A stretch of DNA of 64,000 bases from a virus. Below, in pieces: positions 1 to 10,278 of the stretch. The notes below the pieces were generated by a model. That model was not told the DNA's origin and ran no database searches. It saw only the letters and a program-made list of their open reading frames with translations. Numbering within the stretch: the stretch's first letter is position 1; the number at the start of each line of letters is the position of its first letter. A program made the translations under genes and the position numbers. The stretch lies in the IMG/VR virus record IMGVR_UViG_3300029237_000366; one strand, 5' to 3'.

Positions 1-420
1 TCCGGCATCGATAACAGCAGTATCCATTCTGGTAGTGCGGGTATGTGCGTCAAAGCGGACGGTCATACCGGTATCCGTAAACTGTACAGGGTCACGACTG
101 GTAAGCCGGAATACCCGGTTCTCTTCATCGACAACAATGATGTCATCCAACGCCATGCCCGGATGATAGGTCATCCCAAGAACCGCAGGCGAGACCATCG
201 TGCGTTCAGTCGGCTCGTTGATAAGCGCAATACGATAGCCATAAAGGAAGCCGTAGTGGTCGCCGTCTCTGTTGGCGTGAATGTCTGCGGTGGCAAGAAG
301 CTCTCGATAAAAATCCGCTGTCATAATGAGGACGATTTCGTCTTGCGTACAATAAGTCCTCACACGCTCTGCCTCTTGCAGGGCATTATCAATGTATCTC
401 TGAAATTCTGCTCTATCCAT
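1..420 (-). CDS. Hypothetical protein, 5'-partial at the window edge; the ORF continues past coordinate 1
   Basis: Minus-strand ATG at 418-420, then an open frame to the window edge (MDRAEFQRYIDNALQEAERV...ADIHANRDGDHYGFLYGY...); not in the ORF track because no stop falls inside the window. Confidence 0.4.
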   Translation of the reverse strand, partial: MDRAEFQRYIDNALQEAERVRTYCTQDEIVLIMTADFYRELLATADIHANRDGDHYGFLYGYRIALINEPTERTMVSPAVLGMTYHPGMALDDIIVVDEENRVFRLTSRDPVQFTDTGMTVRFDAHTRTTRMDTAVIDAG

Positions 421-422
421 TC

Positions 423-650
423 TCAGCTTACCTCCTCAATGGGTGACACGGTACACATGGCAACGACCTTGTCGAAGCAGTCACAGCAGAACTGGAGATG
501 AACCTTGTCGCCGTCATGGACACTGCCATAACCGATTCTTGTATGTATTGTAAAGTTCTCCTGCCGGTCAAAGAAATCAAGCTCTTTGCCGCAGAGATTG
601 CAGACCTGTTTGTCCTGCAAAATTCGCACCTCCATGCTTATAAAATCCAT
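423..650 (-). CDS. Small Cys-rich (zinc-finger-like) protein
   Basis: 75-aa ORF with CNLCGK...CCDCF Cys pairs, co-directional and adjacent to the polymerase gene. Confidence 0.35.
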   Translation of the reverse strand: MDFISMEVRILQDKQVCNLCGKELDFFDRQENFTIHTRIGYGSVHDGDKVHLQFCCDCFDKVVAMCTVSPIEEVS

Positions 651-663
651 GTTTTATATGTAA

Positions 664-3600
664 TCAAAAAACCTGCTGATACGCTGTCAGCGTGTAATAC
701 TCGCCATCTCTCTCATAGCCTTTGCAGTAGATGATGTCACCCTTTTTGACAGGCTCCTTATCAAAGACTCTGTTGAAGACAGTGAACCGGCTCTCCTTGC
801 CGCTGCCGATAGATTTCGTGAACAAGCTATACCCGAACTGCTTATTGTCACGCTTACGGTACAGCGGCTTGATATCCGTGATGTAGAGTTTGCGCCGGTC
901 GGCTTCGTTGCCGGACACATAGCCGATGTAGCCCATAACATCATAGAAGTTGCGCACCTTGATAAGGTCGCTCAAGTCATCCATTCCTGCTGCTTTGATG
1001 ACGGTTTCTGCCTCTCGCAGGATAGATGCGACATCAAGAAGCGTATAACTCTTTGCGATGCCGCCTGACTTGGTTACGCCCACCGCATATCGCTTTACGA
1101 TTTCCTCCAACGGCGTTCCATCCACATCGCTTTTTCGTATCTGCTTGGCTTGTCCTTTCTTGAACATCTCGGAAAACAGACTTGTTATGCGGAGAAGTTC
1201 ACGCTGATTACCAAAGTCAGAGAAGAAATCCAGCTTAATGAGGATGTCAAGCTGCCTGGAGTTAATGCTGGTCTTTTCATCCAAATCCCTGAGCAAATCC
1301 ATGAAGTAGGAGTATTTATTTCTGGCAAGGTCATAGAGTTCATCGGCAAGATTGGCGCTCATATACTTGATGGAGGTGAGCCCCTTTGCAATGATTCTCT
1401 TTTCTCTGTCGAAGAAATACTCACCTCTGGACAATCCCCACTTTGGCAGTGTGACGCGGATGCCGACGCTGGTAGCGTAATTGGTAATGGCGGCGGTCTT
1501 ATCCATGTTATCGCCAAAGATATTGAGTGCCGCAGTGAGGAACTCCAACGGATAGTAGTAACGCAGATACCCACAGATGTATCCGATGGAGGAGTAAGCA
1601 TCAGAGTGGTTCCATGAAAAGCCATAGGCGGAAGCATCCAGAATGATTTGCAAGAAAGGCTTGATGATTTTCTCGCACTGTTCCGAAGTCATGCTGTATT
1701 GTTCCGAACAATAGGCAACGAACCGTTCCTCAATCTCAGGAAGCAGTGTTTCTGTACCCTTCTTCTTTGCAATAGCACGGCGCACATTATCAGACTCCGC
1801 CGCAGAATAACCGCAGAACTTAACAAGGAACTGCATGATGGTCTCCTGCATGGCAATGCGTCCGGCCTCGGGGGAAAGAAATTCATTCAGCGCATCAAAA
1901 CCGTTATCGTAAAACTCGCCCTTTGCAACGCTGTCACGGAAGCTGGCGCAGGCAGGGCGGAGAAGTCCGTTGCCAAAGGACATCCATTTCAGCATGGAGA
2001 AGTTCGGAATTTTAGAGCGAGCCGTTTCCAGTGTGCTATCCGACATAAATTGCCGGAGGTAATGCTGTGCGCTGTCTGACTCCCATTGGAAGATAAGCGT
2101 TGTATCATCGCGGATACTTTTCCATACGCTCATATCTTCCATATCTGTGTTATCGGGAGTAAGCCGCTCAATGCCGAGAGTTTTACAAGTTTCATTGATG
2201 ACACCGATATTATCAAGCCCCAGGATATCCAGTTTGACATACATCAAGTCGTCCAGCTCTTTCATGTTAATCATGGAGACCGGATACTCAGATGTAGATA
2301 CGCTGCAGAGGCCTACGGTCTGCTCAATGGGCAGGTCGCTGATAAGCACACCGCTTGGGTGGGTTCCGATGGAAACAATAGTGCCGTTGACAATATCCAC
2401 ATATCGGAAAACCTCCGGATACTTTTTGCGAACTGCCTCTTCATGCGTCTCGACTTCTTTGCAGATGTGGTTGGAAACCTGAATATAGTTAATGTCCTGA
2501 CGGTCTTTGTAGAGGGCACGGCACACATCTCGAACAGCTCCCTTCAACGCAATGGTGTTAAAGGTAATGATTTCTGCGGAACGGATGCTTGGCAGGTTCA
2601 TCTTGTCACGAAGCAGGAACCGTTTGACTGTGTCTCTGTCCTTGCCAGAGTAGTCCGTATCAATATCTGCATTGGTCACACGGGAGGGGTTCATAAAGCG
2701 GAAGAAGTTCAGCCCAAACCGTAGACTGTCCATTTGTGTAATACCAAGCAGATAGGCAATCATACTGCCGGACACAGAGCCTCTTCCGTAACCGCATTGG
2801 ATACCGTTTTCTTTTTCCCATTCCCGCAGGTATGTTTGCAGGAGCATAAAGTCAATAGACTTTGTCGCCTTGTAAACATCAAACTCTTCTTCGACAACAC
2901 GCTCCAGCTCCTCTTTGGTATGGTTCTTCAGCGCATAGGGATGCGTCTCCATAGCAGACTGGACTTTTTCTCGGAAAGTTTTCTCCGGCTCTGCGTAAAT
3001 GTGAGGATACTTGGTGCCTCTGTCCAACTCAAATGGTTCCACCATATCTGCCAGCCGGTTGGTGTTCTCAATGGCCTGCATATACTCGGTTTCCGGCAAC
3101 GAACCTTGTGCTCGATAGGCTGCGACCAATTCATCATAAGTTTTGAACTTCAAGTCCCAACGCTCTTCGCCGTCGAAGAAAATGTTTTTGGATGCCTGCA
3201 GGATGCTGCGGCCTTTCTCGTGCTCTTCATTCAAAACATGAGTATCTGTTCCAGCTATCAGTGGAATAGTGAGTTCCTGACTTAACGCAAGCAGCTTTTT
3301 GTTATAGGAAATCTGTTTTTCATCCATGTGATGTCCGACTTCCAGAAAACAGCGATGCCGGTTACGAGTCAAAAAATCGAGGAACACCCGCTGTACCTGC
3401 TCGTCACCTTTTCCAAGCACACCGCCGACACAAGCGGTAGTGACAAGGATGTTATCCGATGTGTGGAACAACTCGTCAAAGGTAATGCGGGGAGCATAGT
3501 AGAAATGGTTGTCCTTCCTACAAAAACTGTTAGACACGAGACGGTTCAATTCCAAAAAACCGCTGTAGTTTTTGGCGAGAAGAACGCAGTGATAATTGTC

Positions 3601-3888
3601 TCTGATTTTTTCTGCAAGCGTTGTGGTGAGATAGCACTCAACGGCGTGGATATACTTCATCCCGGCTGCTTCAATCGCACTTTTCTTGTGCCACCACTCA
3701 AAAACAGAACCGTGTTCGGAAAAGCCCATCGCATTCATGCCGCATTCTTTGGCTTTTACGATGTACTCTCCGTATTTTGTGACCGAATCAATATTGGTAA
3801 CGCCATTTGACAGGTCACTATGTAGATGATAGACGGTGTATTGCCCACTCATCGCCACGACAGCCTCCCTTCGTAGAGTTTTTTCCAA
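664..3888 (-). CDS. dnaE: DNA polymerase III alpha subunit (DnaE-type) with N-terminal PHP domain
   Basis: 1074 aa. The PHP motifs YTVYHLHSDLSNG...GFSEHG...GTDTHV are followed by the polymerase core (GYGRGSVSGSMIAYLLGIT, FNPSR...DIDTD). Confidence 0.85.
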   Translation of the reverse strand: MEKTLRREAVVAMSGQYTVYHLHSDLSNGVTNIDSVTKYGEYIVKAKECGMNAMGFSEHGSVFEWWHKKSAIEAAGMKYIHAVECYLTTTLAEKIRDNYHCVLLAKNYSGFLELNRLVSNSFCRKDNHFYYAPRITFDELFHTSDNILVTTACVGGVLGKGDEQVQRVFLDFLTRNRHRCFLEVGHHMDEKQISYNKKLLALSQELTIPLIAGTDTHVLNEEHEKGRSILQASKNIFFDGEERWDLKFKTYDELVAAYRAQGSLPETEYMQAIENTNRLADMVEPFELDRGTKYPHIYAEPEKTFREKVQSAMETHPYALKNHTKEELERVVEEEFDVYKATKSIDFMLLQTYLREWEKENGIQCGYGRGSVSGSMIAYLLGITQMDSLRFGLNFFRFMNPSRVTNADIDTDYSGKDRDTVKRFLLRDKMNLPSIRSAEIITFNTIALKGAVRDVCRALYKDRQDINYIQVSNHICKEVETHEEAVRKKYPEVFRYVDIVNGTIVSIGTHPSGVLISDLPIEQTVGLCSVSTSEYPVSMINMKELDDLMYVKLDILGLDNIGVINETCKTLGIERLTPDNTDMEDMSVWKSIRDDTTLIFQWESDSAQHYLRQFMSDSTLETARSKIPNFSMLKWMSFGNGLLRPACASFRDSVAKGEFYDNGFDALNEFLSPEAGRIAMQETIMQFLVKFCGYSAAESDNVRRAIAKKKGTETLLPEIEERFVAYCSEQYSMTSEQCEKIIKPFLQIILDASAYGFSWNHSDAYSSIGYICGYLRYYYPLEFLTAALNIFGDNMDKTAAITNYATSVGIRVTLPKWGLSRGEYFFDREKRIIAKGLTSIKYMSANLADELYDLARNKYSYFMDLLRDLDEKTSINSRQLDILIKLDFFSDFGNQRELLRITSLFSEMFKKGQAKQIRKSDVDGTPLEEIVKRYAVGVTKSGGIAKSYTLLDVASILREAETVIKAAGMDDLSDLIKVRNFYDVMGYIGYVSGNEADRRKLYITDIKPLYRKRDNKQFGYSLFTKSIGSGKESRFTVFNRVFDKEPVKKGDIIYCKGYERDGEYYTLTAYQQVF

Positions 3889-4829
3889 GTTTCTTGGCCT
3901 CTATCGACAGGACTGTCCTTTTCACCAAGTAAATTATCCTTATCCCAAAGATATTGCACATTGACAAACTGCTTTAACCGCTTGATATTGTGGTCGTCTC
4001 GGATGCAGACATCCTTATCAAGGGCAAAAACCACACGGCAGCCAAGTGCTGCCAGCAATTTCATCTGATTTGGGTTCAGATGCGAGGTCAAAATCGCCCC
4101 GGTATTGTGAATTCCGTAAGTATCGGCAAGTAGAACGGATTTGCAGCCCTCAAACAAGATGATTTCCCCTTTCTGGAGGATAGCATCTCTGTTTTCTGCA
4201 AGACCATAGATGGTTTTCAACTCACCCCACGACATGAAATAGGTGTATTTACGCAAACCCTTCTCTTTCCAGTGCGGGTCGAGGGTTCGCCCACCGATAT
4301 TGACGATTTTTCCGTCTGGATTTCGTATTGGATAGACAAGCCGGTCGGAAAAGCTGTCATAGTACACCGAAAACTTGTCTATGGATGCACGGGAAATGCC
4401 TTCATGTTCCCAAACAGCCAACTTATCGTCTCGTTTCTCATACCGCTCCATGTAATCATCCGGCAGCACTGTTCCTTTGGCCTTTTTTGCTGTGTTATGG
4501 GGTGGCGCAAACCGTTTTGCCACCTCTGTAGCTGCAAGACGCTTCCTTGAACTTACTTTGCCATTAAATCCGCTGTATTTTTTCAGCTTTTCTACGGCTT
4601 CTGCCATACTACACTTGTCATAGTACCGAATAAATGTCAGCACATTGCCGCCGATACCGGAGGAGAAGTCAAAAAACGAATTTGTTTCTTTACGAACGGA
4701 GAAAGACGGCGTGTTTTCATCTTTAAGAGGTGACAGTGCCCAGTATTCTCCGTTTTTCTCTGTGAAATCCGTATATTGAGAAATGTAATCCAGAATATCG
4801 ACTGACTCTATCAGTTCAGACAGCTCCAA
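3849..4829 (-). CDS. DnaG-like DNA primase (TOPRIM), degenerate N-terminal zinc finger
   Basis: An N-terminal CHC2-like segment (SPLKDENTPSFSV, Cys replaced by Ser) is followed by TOPRIM motifs (ILFEGCKSVLLAD, VVFALDKD). Confidence 0.7.
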   Translation of the reverse strand: MELSELIESVDILDYISQYTDFTEKNGEYWALSPLKDENTPSFSVRKETNSFFDFSSGIGGNVLTFIRYYDKCSMAEAVEKLKKYSGFNGKVSSRKRLAATEVAKRFAPPHNTAKKAKGTVLPDDYMERYEKRDDKLAVWEHEGISRASIDKFSVYYDSFSDRLVYPIRNPDGKIVNIGGRTLDPHWKEKGLRKYTYFMSWGELKTIYGLAENRDAILQKGEIILFEGCKSVLLADTYGIHNTGAILTSHLNPNQMKLLAALGCRVVFALDKDVCIRDDHNIKRLKQFVNVQYLWDKDNLLGEKDSPVDRGQETWKKLYEGRLSWR

Positions 4830-4871
4830 ACCGTCTCCTCCTTTCGCATATTATTTAATTGTCACGATAGA

Positions 4872-6203
4872 TTAAAATGGGGTCTCCGGAATATGCTGCT
4901 TGGCCTGTTCATAGAGGATGTGATTGCCGTCAAACAGCAAGTCTATGTATTCATCCTGAGTCATCTGCATACCGTTACGGTTGACTGTAACACGCAGCTT
5001 TTTATTGCCGCATTCCGCACCATCTGCCTCGATTTCCTCCGGTGTTTTATCGGAAATCATGGCAATGGTCGAAGCGTTTCGTGCAATCTTGGCGCTGTCG
5101 GCAAGCTTACCTGTGATAGTTGCCTGTGCCGCACCGATACCGGCAATATTCATCTCTCCGCAGATTTGGTTCTTCACCATATCCACAAAACGGCCAAGTT
5201 CCTGATAGCTATCGAAGGCATCACCCTCGCCTTTACCTTTGAAGTAGTCCACGATAAGGACATCCAACCCCTGAGTGTGCTTGACCTTGTTGACAGCGGT
5301 ATAAATACTCTGCTGGTCGAACATGGGGATGTAAATATGGGTGAACTTACGAGTCTTGAGCCACTCTTTTGCCGCCAGAATCCGCTGTTCCTCTTCCTCA
5401 CTGTAATTACCGGAGGTGAGGCGCTTATACTCAATGCCTGACAGATGAGCAAGAATACGGGAAGTAAATAGCCGTGTGTTCAACTCGCTGTCCAAATATA
5501 GCACGGCGTAATCCTGCTTAAGCAAATCCACTGCACAATTCAGCAACATCATACTCTTACCCTGCTTCTGTTCGGCGCCGAAGATGAACAACTCTCCACG
5601 CTCAATGGTGGCGTAATCGTTCAAAGCAGGGAACTTGAAGGGGATTCCTGCGTAACCGGCGCCCTGACGGCCTTTGATTTCCTCCCAGCATTTATCGACC
5701 ACATCTTTATAGGCCGGGACATCATTGGTTGTAGAAAACTCCATCATCACATCGTCAAGCATCTTATAGATTTTCTGCTCGATGTTCTCAGCAGAAGGTT
5801 GTGTACACAGCTTTTGGCATTCCTTTAATTGCTGGTATGTATCTCTGCGAAACGCTGCGTCCATCACATTATTTACGAGAAGCTTATACTCCTCGACTGT
5901 ATTTCGGCTGATGTTTTCGCTGTTTTCCATGAGCGTATAGAGCTGGTCGATGCTCAGCTCATCCGCAAAACGCCGGGTAGCCTCTTTAGCAGTCAACGCT
6001 TGGATAATATTGTATGGGTCAATGCGTTCAATGCCATCTCTTGCGAGAGAACAAATCGCCTGATAGATATAGCGGTTCTCTTCGTTTGTGAAATGGTTTG
6101 GCAGCAGCTGCTCGGAGTAGTATGAAAAATCAGGATGGTGAATCAGCGTGGCGATAATACCCGCTTCGCTTTCGACCCGCGCCATATCTTCATTTGCCAG
6201 CAT
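4872..6203 (-). CDS. dnaB: Replicative DNA helicase, DnaB family
   Basis: A DnaB N-terminal domain precedes the RecA-like core, with Walker A GAEQKQGKS and a DnaB-type arrangement (LYLDSELN...ILAHLSGI). Confidence 0.8.
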   Translation of the reverse strand: MLANEDMARVESEAGIIATLIHHPDFSYYSEQLLPNHFTNEENRYIYQAICSLARDGIERIDPYNIIQALTAKEATRRFADELSIDQLYTLMENSENISRNTVEEYKLLVNNVMDAAFRRDTYQQLKECQKLCTQPSAENIEQKIYKMLDDVMMEFSTTNDVPAYKDVVDKCWEEIKGRQGAGYAGIPFKFPALNDYATIERGELFIFGAEQKQGKSMMLLNCAVDLLKQDYAVLYLDSELNTRLFTSRILAHLSGIEYKRLTSGNYSEEEEQRILAAKEWLKTRKFTHIYIPMFDQQSIYTAVNKVKHTQGLDVLIVDYFKGKGEGDAFDSYQELGRFVDMVKNQICGEMNIAGIGAAQATITGKLADSAKIARNASTIAMISDKTPEEIEADGAECGNKKLRVTVNRNGMQMTQDEYIDLLFDGNHILYEQAKQHIPETPF

Positions 6204-6209
6204 TTCTCA

Positions 6210-6995
6210 TCACCTCTTCTTCATCAACTGATAGTACTCGCACTCATCCTGCATTTCGCAGAGGTGGGTACATTTGAAAAACTCACATGACGGTTTGAAA
6301 TCTGATTCTTGCCGTATCTCGGAAATCATTTCTGCAAGCCATTGTTTTGCACCTTCGTAGTCCTTATCCAAGAACGGCTCTTCGATGAAGGTATCGGTGC
6401 GGAAACAGTTGAAGCAAAGCTTGCAAGGCCGAACACCGTATTCCTCCTCGACCGCAGCCGAATAGAGGTATAACTGCTTAAGGTAAGCATCCAGTTCCTC
6501 GTCCGTTTTGGTCGGTTTCTCCCGCTTGCTCCGAGGCTTCAAAACCCTGGACTTGTTATCCACCACATAGAGGGAGCCGTCCAGCTCTCCAAGAAAATCA
6601 ATGTAGCCAATGAAGGGGATTCCATTCACCTTGAAATCCACCTTCTTTTCAATGGCTGCAGGTCGATACGGAAACGGGTGGATGCCCCGCAAATACTCAA
6701 GGCCACCAGTGAAGTAGTTCCCGAAGACCGTTTTATTTGGCGCCCGACCGACAACCTCTTTCTTGAAGTCTCGCAGGTAAATGTCTGTCAACTGACGCGG
6801 GGATTTTCCCTCCTTGAAGTAGGTTTCAATCAGCTTGTGCATGAATGTGCCATAGCTTGCGAAGAACATTTCTTTGCCGTGGATATGCCGGATGTACTTC
6901 AGATAAAATCGATACGGACAGTCTACGAAAGCTTTGATACGGGAGTAGCTCCAGACCATATCGTCAATGAGCGGTGCGTAATTGATTTCTCCCAT
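6210..6995 (-). CDS. Cas4-like PD-(D/E)XK nuclease with an Fe-S Cys cluster (phage exonuclease)
   Basis: One N-terminal Cys (FVDCPYRFYL) plus a C-terminal CEFFKCTHLC...C cluster, and RecB-nuclease motifs (IDFLGE..VVDNK, KQLYLY = QxxxY). Confidence 0.7.
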   Translation of the reverse strand: MGEINYAPLIDDMVWSYSRIKAFVDCPYRFYLKYIRHIHGKEMFFASYGTFMHKLIETYFKEGKSPRQLTDIYLRDFKKEVVGRAPNKTVFGNYFTGGLEYLRGIHPFPYRPAAIEKKVDFKVNGIPFIGYIDFLGELDGSLYVVDNKSRVLKPRSKREKPTKTDEELDAYLKQLYLYSAAVEEEYGVRPCKLCFNCFRTDTFIEEPFLDKDYEGAKQWLAEMISEIRQESDFKPSCEFFKCTHLCEMQDECEYYQLMKKR

Positions 6996-7007
6996 AGGCC
7001 GCCACCT

Positions 7008-7379
7008 TTAGAAAGGCAGGCGGTTGTCGTCGATTTCACCCTCATCAACTGTGGGCTGCGGCTCTGTACTGCTGTCACGAGGTTCCTCTCCGTCAAGCTC
7101 GAAGGAGAACATTTTGAAGTTGGTATATGTAACCTTTTTCTCTTTGTCGTACTTGGTCGTCACATCTACATCGCCGAGTTTGATGCGGTTGCCCTCTTTC
7201 AAACCGGCAGCTTTCTTTGCTGCCGCCGTTCCGATGGCAAGGACGAAACCGGAAAAATCCTGTTCATACTCGCCAGACTGTTTGTTCTTTCGACTGATGG
7301 ACATACGAACCTTCGTGCTGGTGTCGCTCATCGGCGTCACTTCCCAGACCTTTGCATAAGCACCTGTGCGAAAACCCAT
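7008..7379 (-). CDS. ssb: Single-stranded DNA-binding protein
   Basis: 123-aa OB-fold-like protein with a Gly/acidic tail ending DDNRLPF, typical of the SSB C-terminus. Confidence 0.7.
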   Translation of the reverse strand: MGFRTGAYAKVWEVTPMSDTSTKVRMSISRKNKQSGEYEQDFSGFVLAIGTAAAKKAAGLKEGNRIKLGDVDVTTKYDKEKKVTYTNFKMFSFELDGEEPRDSSTEPQPTVDEGEIDDNRLPF

Positions 7380-7382
7380 GTG

Positions 7383-8084
7383 TTACTCCTCCTTAATACT
7401 AAATGTCTCTTTGAAATCTGCCAGCAATTTACCGGCAAGAGCTGACTCGGTGATGGCAAAATAGTTGCCACCCTTTGCGTACTTGGACACAAACTTTTTC
7501 ACATCCTCCGCCTTATCCTTATTGGACTCAAGGAAGTGCTTGACTGTCTCGTCAAAACTCTGGATGATGCCTTCCGCAATCATCTTATCCTCAGCCGCCT
7601 CAGCAGCACGCTGCTTGCTGCGGAAATTATCGGGGTCGTCATCCGGCGTTGCGATGTTGAAATACTTGAGAAGGAAGTACCGACTTGAGTAAGTCAACCC
7701 GGAACCAAATGCCTGTGAAGCATCGCTCTGTTGTCCAACAAGAGCCCAACTGACATCGATGCGCTCTTCGGGATTGTCGTTGTTGACCCAAGACCATGTC
7801 ATATCGGCGCTTACCAGAATCTCGTTGCTATTTTCTTCGTAAAACTCGCCCTTACCAGTTGTCTTGGTTTTCTTATATGTATAGGGTTCTACCCTTGTAG
7901 TTCCAGACTGAATACTGGGAACCAGTGACAGGTGATACTTGTCCATAAAAACCGAGATTTTTGCGAGAATTTCATCTTCGGTGACATACTTGTAGCCGTA
8001 GCCGCTTTTGTTTTTCCGGATGACCTCGACCTGTTTTCTGACCTTGGCAAGCTTTTGATAAATGTTGCCTGTCTGCTCTGACAT
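7383..8084 (-). CDS. ERF-family single-strand annealing protein
   Basis: N-terminus IYQKLAKVRKQVEVIRKNKSGYGYKYVTEDEIL matches the ERF signature (KNxxxxxKYAxLD-like). Confidence 0.65.
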   Translation of the reverse strand: MSEQTGNIYQKLAKVRKQVEVIRKNKSGYGYKYVTEDEILAKISVFMDKYHLSLVPSIQSGTTRVEPYTYKKTKTTGKGEFYEENSNEILVSADMTWSWVNNDNPEERIDVSWALVGQQSDASQAFGSGLTYSSRYFLLKYFNIATPDDDPDNFRSKQRAAEAAEDKMIAEGIIQSFDETVKHFLESNKDKAEDVKKFVSKYAKGGNYFAITESALAGKLLADFKETFSIKEE

Positions 8085-8102
8085 AAATAACCTTCTTTCC
8101 TT

Positions 8103-8699
8103 TTATTCGCCGCAAAGATAGGTAGCTTCCATATCGGCAAGATGCAACAGGACAGCAAGCTTACTCCGCTCGAAAATTTTGCCGATAAAAGCATTCCCGC
8201 CCTTTACTGCTGTGTCCCAACCGCCCATATGAGCGCGGATAGCGAGAATTTCCTCCGGCTCAAGATGCATGAAGTTCTGAATAAGGATGACAGACTTGTC
8301 TGCGTGCTCTCCGCAGGGGAACTTCTCATCGATTTCATAGACCTCTTTCTTGTACCACTGGCCGGTCTCCTCATCCTTGACATTGCGAAAGCCTTTCTTG
8401 TAGAAGTTGACCTTGCAAATGTCGTGAAGCAGCGAAACAACTGCGACAGTTTCTTCGGGGTAGCTGTTCTGCAATCCGGCGTTTGCCAGCCCTCTCTTTA
8501 AGCAGTCATACACATTCAGGGAATGCTGAAGAAGCCCACCTTCATGGCAGCCGTGGAACTTTGTGGATGCTGGTGCAACGAAGAAGTCGGAATCCTCCAA
8601 CCATCGCAGAAGCATATCGGAGCCATCTCTGTGTACTGCGTTATTGTACACAGAAAAAAATCTCTCCTTTAACTCGCCCATAGGAACCACTCCTTTCAA
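8103..8699 (-). CDS. HD-domain phosphohydrolase
   Basis: The residues FHGCHEGGLLQHS...LLHDICK are consistent with HD-motif metal ligands. Confidence 0.6.
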   Translation of the reverse strand: MKGVVPMGELKERFFSVYNNAVHRDGSDMLLRWLEDSDFFVAPASTKFHGCHEGGLLQHSLNVYDCLKRGLANAGLQNSYPEETVAVVSLLHDICKVNFYKKGFRNVKDEETGQWYKKEVYEIDEKFPCGEHADKSVILIQNFMHLEPEEILAIRAHMGGWDTAVKGGNAFIGKIFERSKLAVLLHLADMEATYLCGE

Positions 8700-8764
8700 T
8701 CTTATATTTTATTTAATTGTGTTGATATATGTAAAGAGAAACCTGCTTGATGCAGGTTCTCTGA

Positions 8765-9286
8765 TTACCAATTTCGGTTGGATTTGGGAATGGGATAAAG
8801 CTTTTCTGCCGTTGTCTTTGCATGGGACAACTTCATTTTACCGTATGTCTGCATCAAAAGCATGACTGCGATATTACGGTTTCCGTCCAATTCCAAATCC
8901 TGATACTGGCTTTTCCCATACAGGCTTCCGTTTGCGGTGCGGAATGGGAGCCTCTCTTCACCGACATTCTGCCAGCCAAAACGGCTGGTATAACCATAAG
9001 TACCATCGTACTTCTTGATAAGAGACTTCTTGGCTTCCTCATCGCAGAAAACAGGATTGTCTCGCTTAAAAGACTCGATACGCTCCCAAACCGCATCGTA
9101 CATATCGGGATTCTTTACATCCTCCATCATACGCTGCTCCAGCTCGGGGTCGGTATGTTCTGCGATATATGCCTTGATTAAACGGCTGCGCTCTTCGCCG
9201 ACAGCTCGTTCACCAATCTCTTTGGCTGTTTCTGTGGCAAGCCAAGCACCGCCCGCAAAGATTGAAAACAAATCTCCGATACCCAT
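8765..9286 (-). CDS. Hypothetical protein
   Basis: 173-aa ORF inside the co-directional early operon; no recognisable motif. Confidence 0.4.
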   Translation of the reverse strand: MGIGDLFSIFAGGAWLATETAKEIGERAVGEERSRLIKAYIAEHTDPELEQRMMEDVKNPDMYDAVWERIESFKRDNPVFCDEEAKKSLIKKYDGTYGYTSRFGWQNVGEERLPFRTANGSLYGKSQYQDLELDGNRNIAVMLLMQTYGKMKLSHAKTTAEKLYPIPKSNRNW

Positions 9287-9298
9287 TTTTTCACCGCC

Positions 9299-10249
9299 TT
9301 ACATCAGGAAAGCCAGCTTCCAACGCTGGTAGTCTTCCATATAGTCTTTTTCAATTTTGTTTTGTTTGTGCTCCAGCTTGACCCTGCCTTTAACAACATA
9401 TGTCCGCCCGGACATGAAATCAACTGCTGCGTCAGAGAAGTCCACTGGAATACCAGCCCGCTCTCTCTCGTACATCCGATAGAAAAGCCCGGACATCCAT
9501 ACTCTGTAGAAGCTTAACTGCTGCTTTGTCTTGCCATCCTGAAGTGCGGCGGCAGAGCGGTGCGAAAGCATAGAGCGAATGGACATGGTTTTTGTGGTAG
9601 CCCGAACCCCACGCATAATGGTATCGCCAGGAACTCTGTCACGCCGAATTTCCTTTGCGTAATTCGGATGTTTGTACAAAAAGCCAGGAAGCTCCACCGC
9701 ATTATGAAATGCAGGAAGGGATTCGCGGTAAAGAGGAACACAGTTATCGCCGTACCGAATGGACATATCCATGAAGTCTACATCCGAAGCTGTGATGCTC
9801 AGCGTATCTTCTTCCCGGATACCGGAAAACGCCATCCAGTAGTAGCAGCGGTAGAGATTATCGATAGTCTCGTCGCCCTCTGGGTCAAAGACCTCGTTGA
9901 GATACCGCTGGAGATGTAGCGGGCTTGTGACCATCTGCTTTCTGACCTTGTCAAGACCGACCGCTGTGATGCGAAGCATCCCATCACAGGCACCCGGCAC
10001 ATTCATGGTAATACACCACTTGACATACTCTTTCAGTATCGTCAGTGACATCCATTGACTTTTGGAGCGCAATCCTACGATTTCATCAATCACAGGCTGT
10101 AGTTCCTCGGTGCTTTTCGTACACAAATCAGCACCCCATGCCTCTTCATGCGGCTCAAACGCGGTAAATACCGTTGTTGCCACATTCGCGGTATTGATGC
10201 TTTGTGTATAGTTGCGGATGAAGTTTATCTTTAACCCTTCATTGTACAT
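9299..10249 (-). CDS. Hypothetical protein with weak tyrosine-recombinase-like motifs; possibly a replication initiator
   Basis: 316 aa. The segments GIREEDTLSITASDVD and LSHRSAAAL loosely resemble integrase boxes I/II, but the Tyr box is not canonical. Confidence 0.35.
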   Translation of the reverse strand: MYNEGLKINFIRNYTQSINTANVATTVFTAFEPHEEAWGADLCTKSTEELQPVIDEIVGLRSKSQWMSLTILKEYVKWCITMNVPGACDGMLRITAVGLDKVRKQMVTSPLHLQRYLNEVFDPEGDETIDNLYRCYYWMAFSGIREEDTLSITASDVDFMDMSIRYGDNCVPLYRESLPAFHNAVELPGFLYKHPNYAKEIRRDRVPGDTIMRGVRATTKTMSIRSMLSHRSAAALQDGKTKQQLSFYRVWMSGLFYRMYERERAGIPVDFSDAAVDFMSGRTYVVKGRVKLEHKQNKIEKDYMEDYQRWKLAFLM

Positions 10250-10278
10250 GGCGAACCTCCCGTTAATTGTATGTAGGG

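Noticed and set aside
1150-3810. Plus-strand ORFs 1150-1617, 1648-2079, 2086-2724, 2734-3285 and 3328-3810
   Set aside because: They lie entirely antisense within the well-supported Pol III alpha gene and have no motifs, so they are spurious shadow ORFs. The same applies to the ORFs antisense to DnaB, RtcB, the reverse transcriptase and others
9299-10249. A phage integrase within the replication operon
   Set aside because: Only loose box I and box II resemblance. There is no convincing catalytic Tyr region, and the position after the switch fits a replication initiator better
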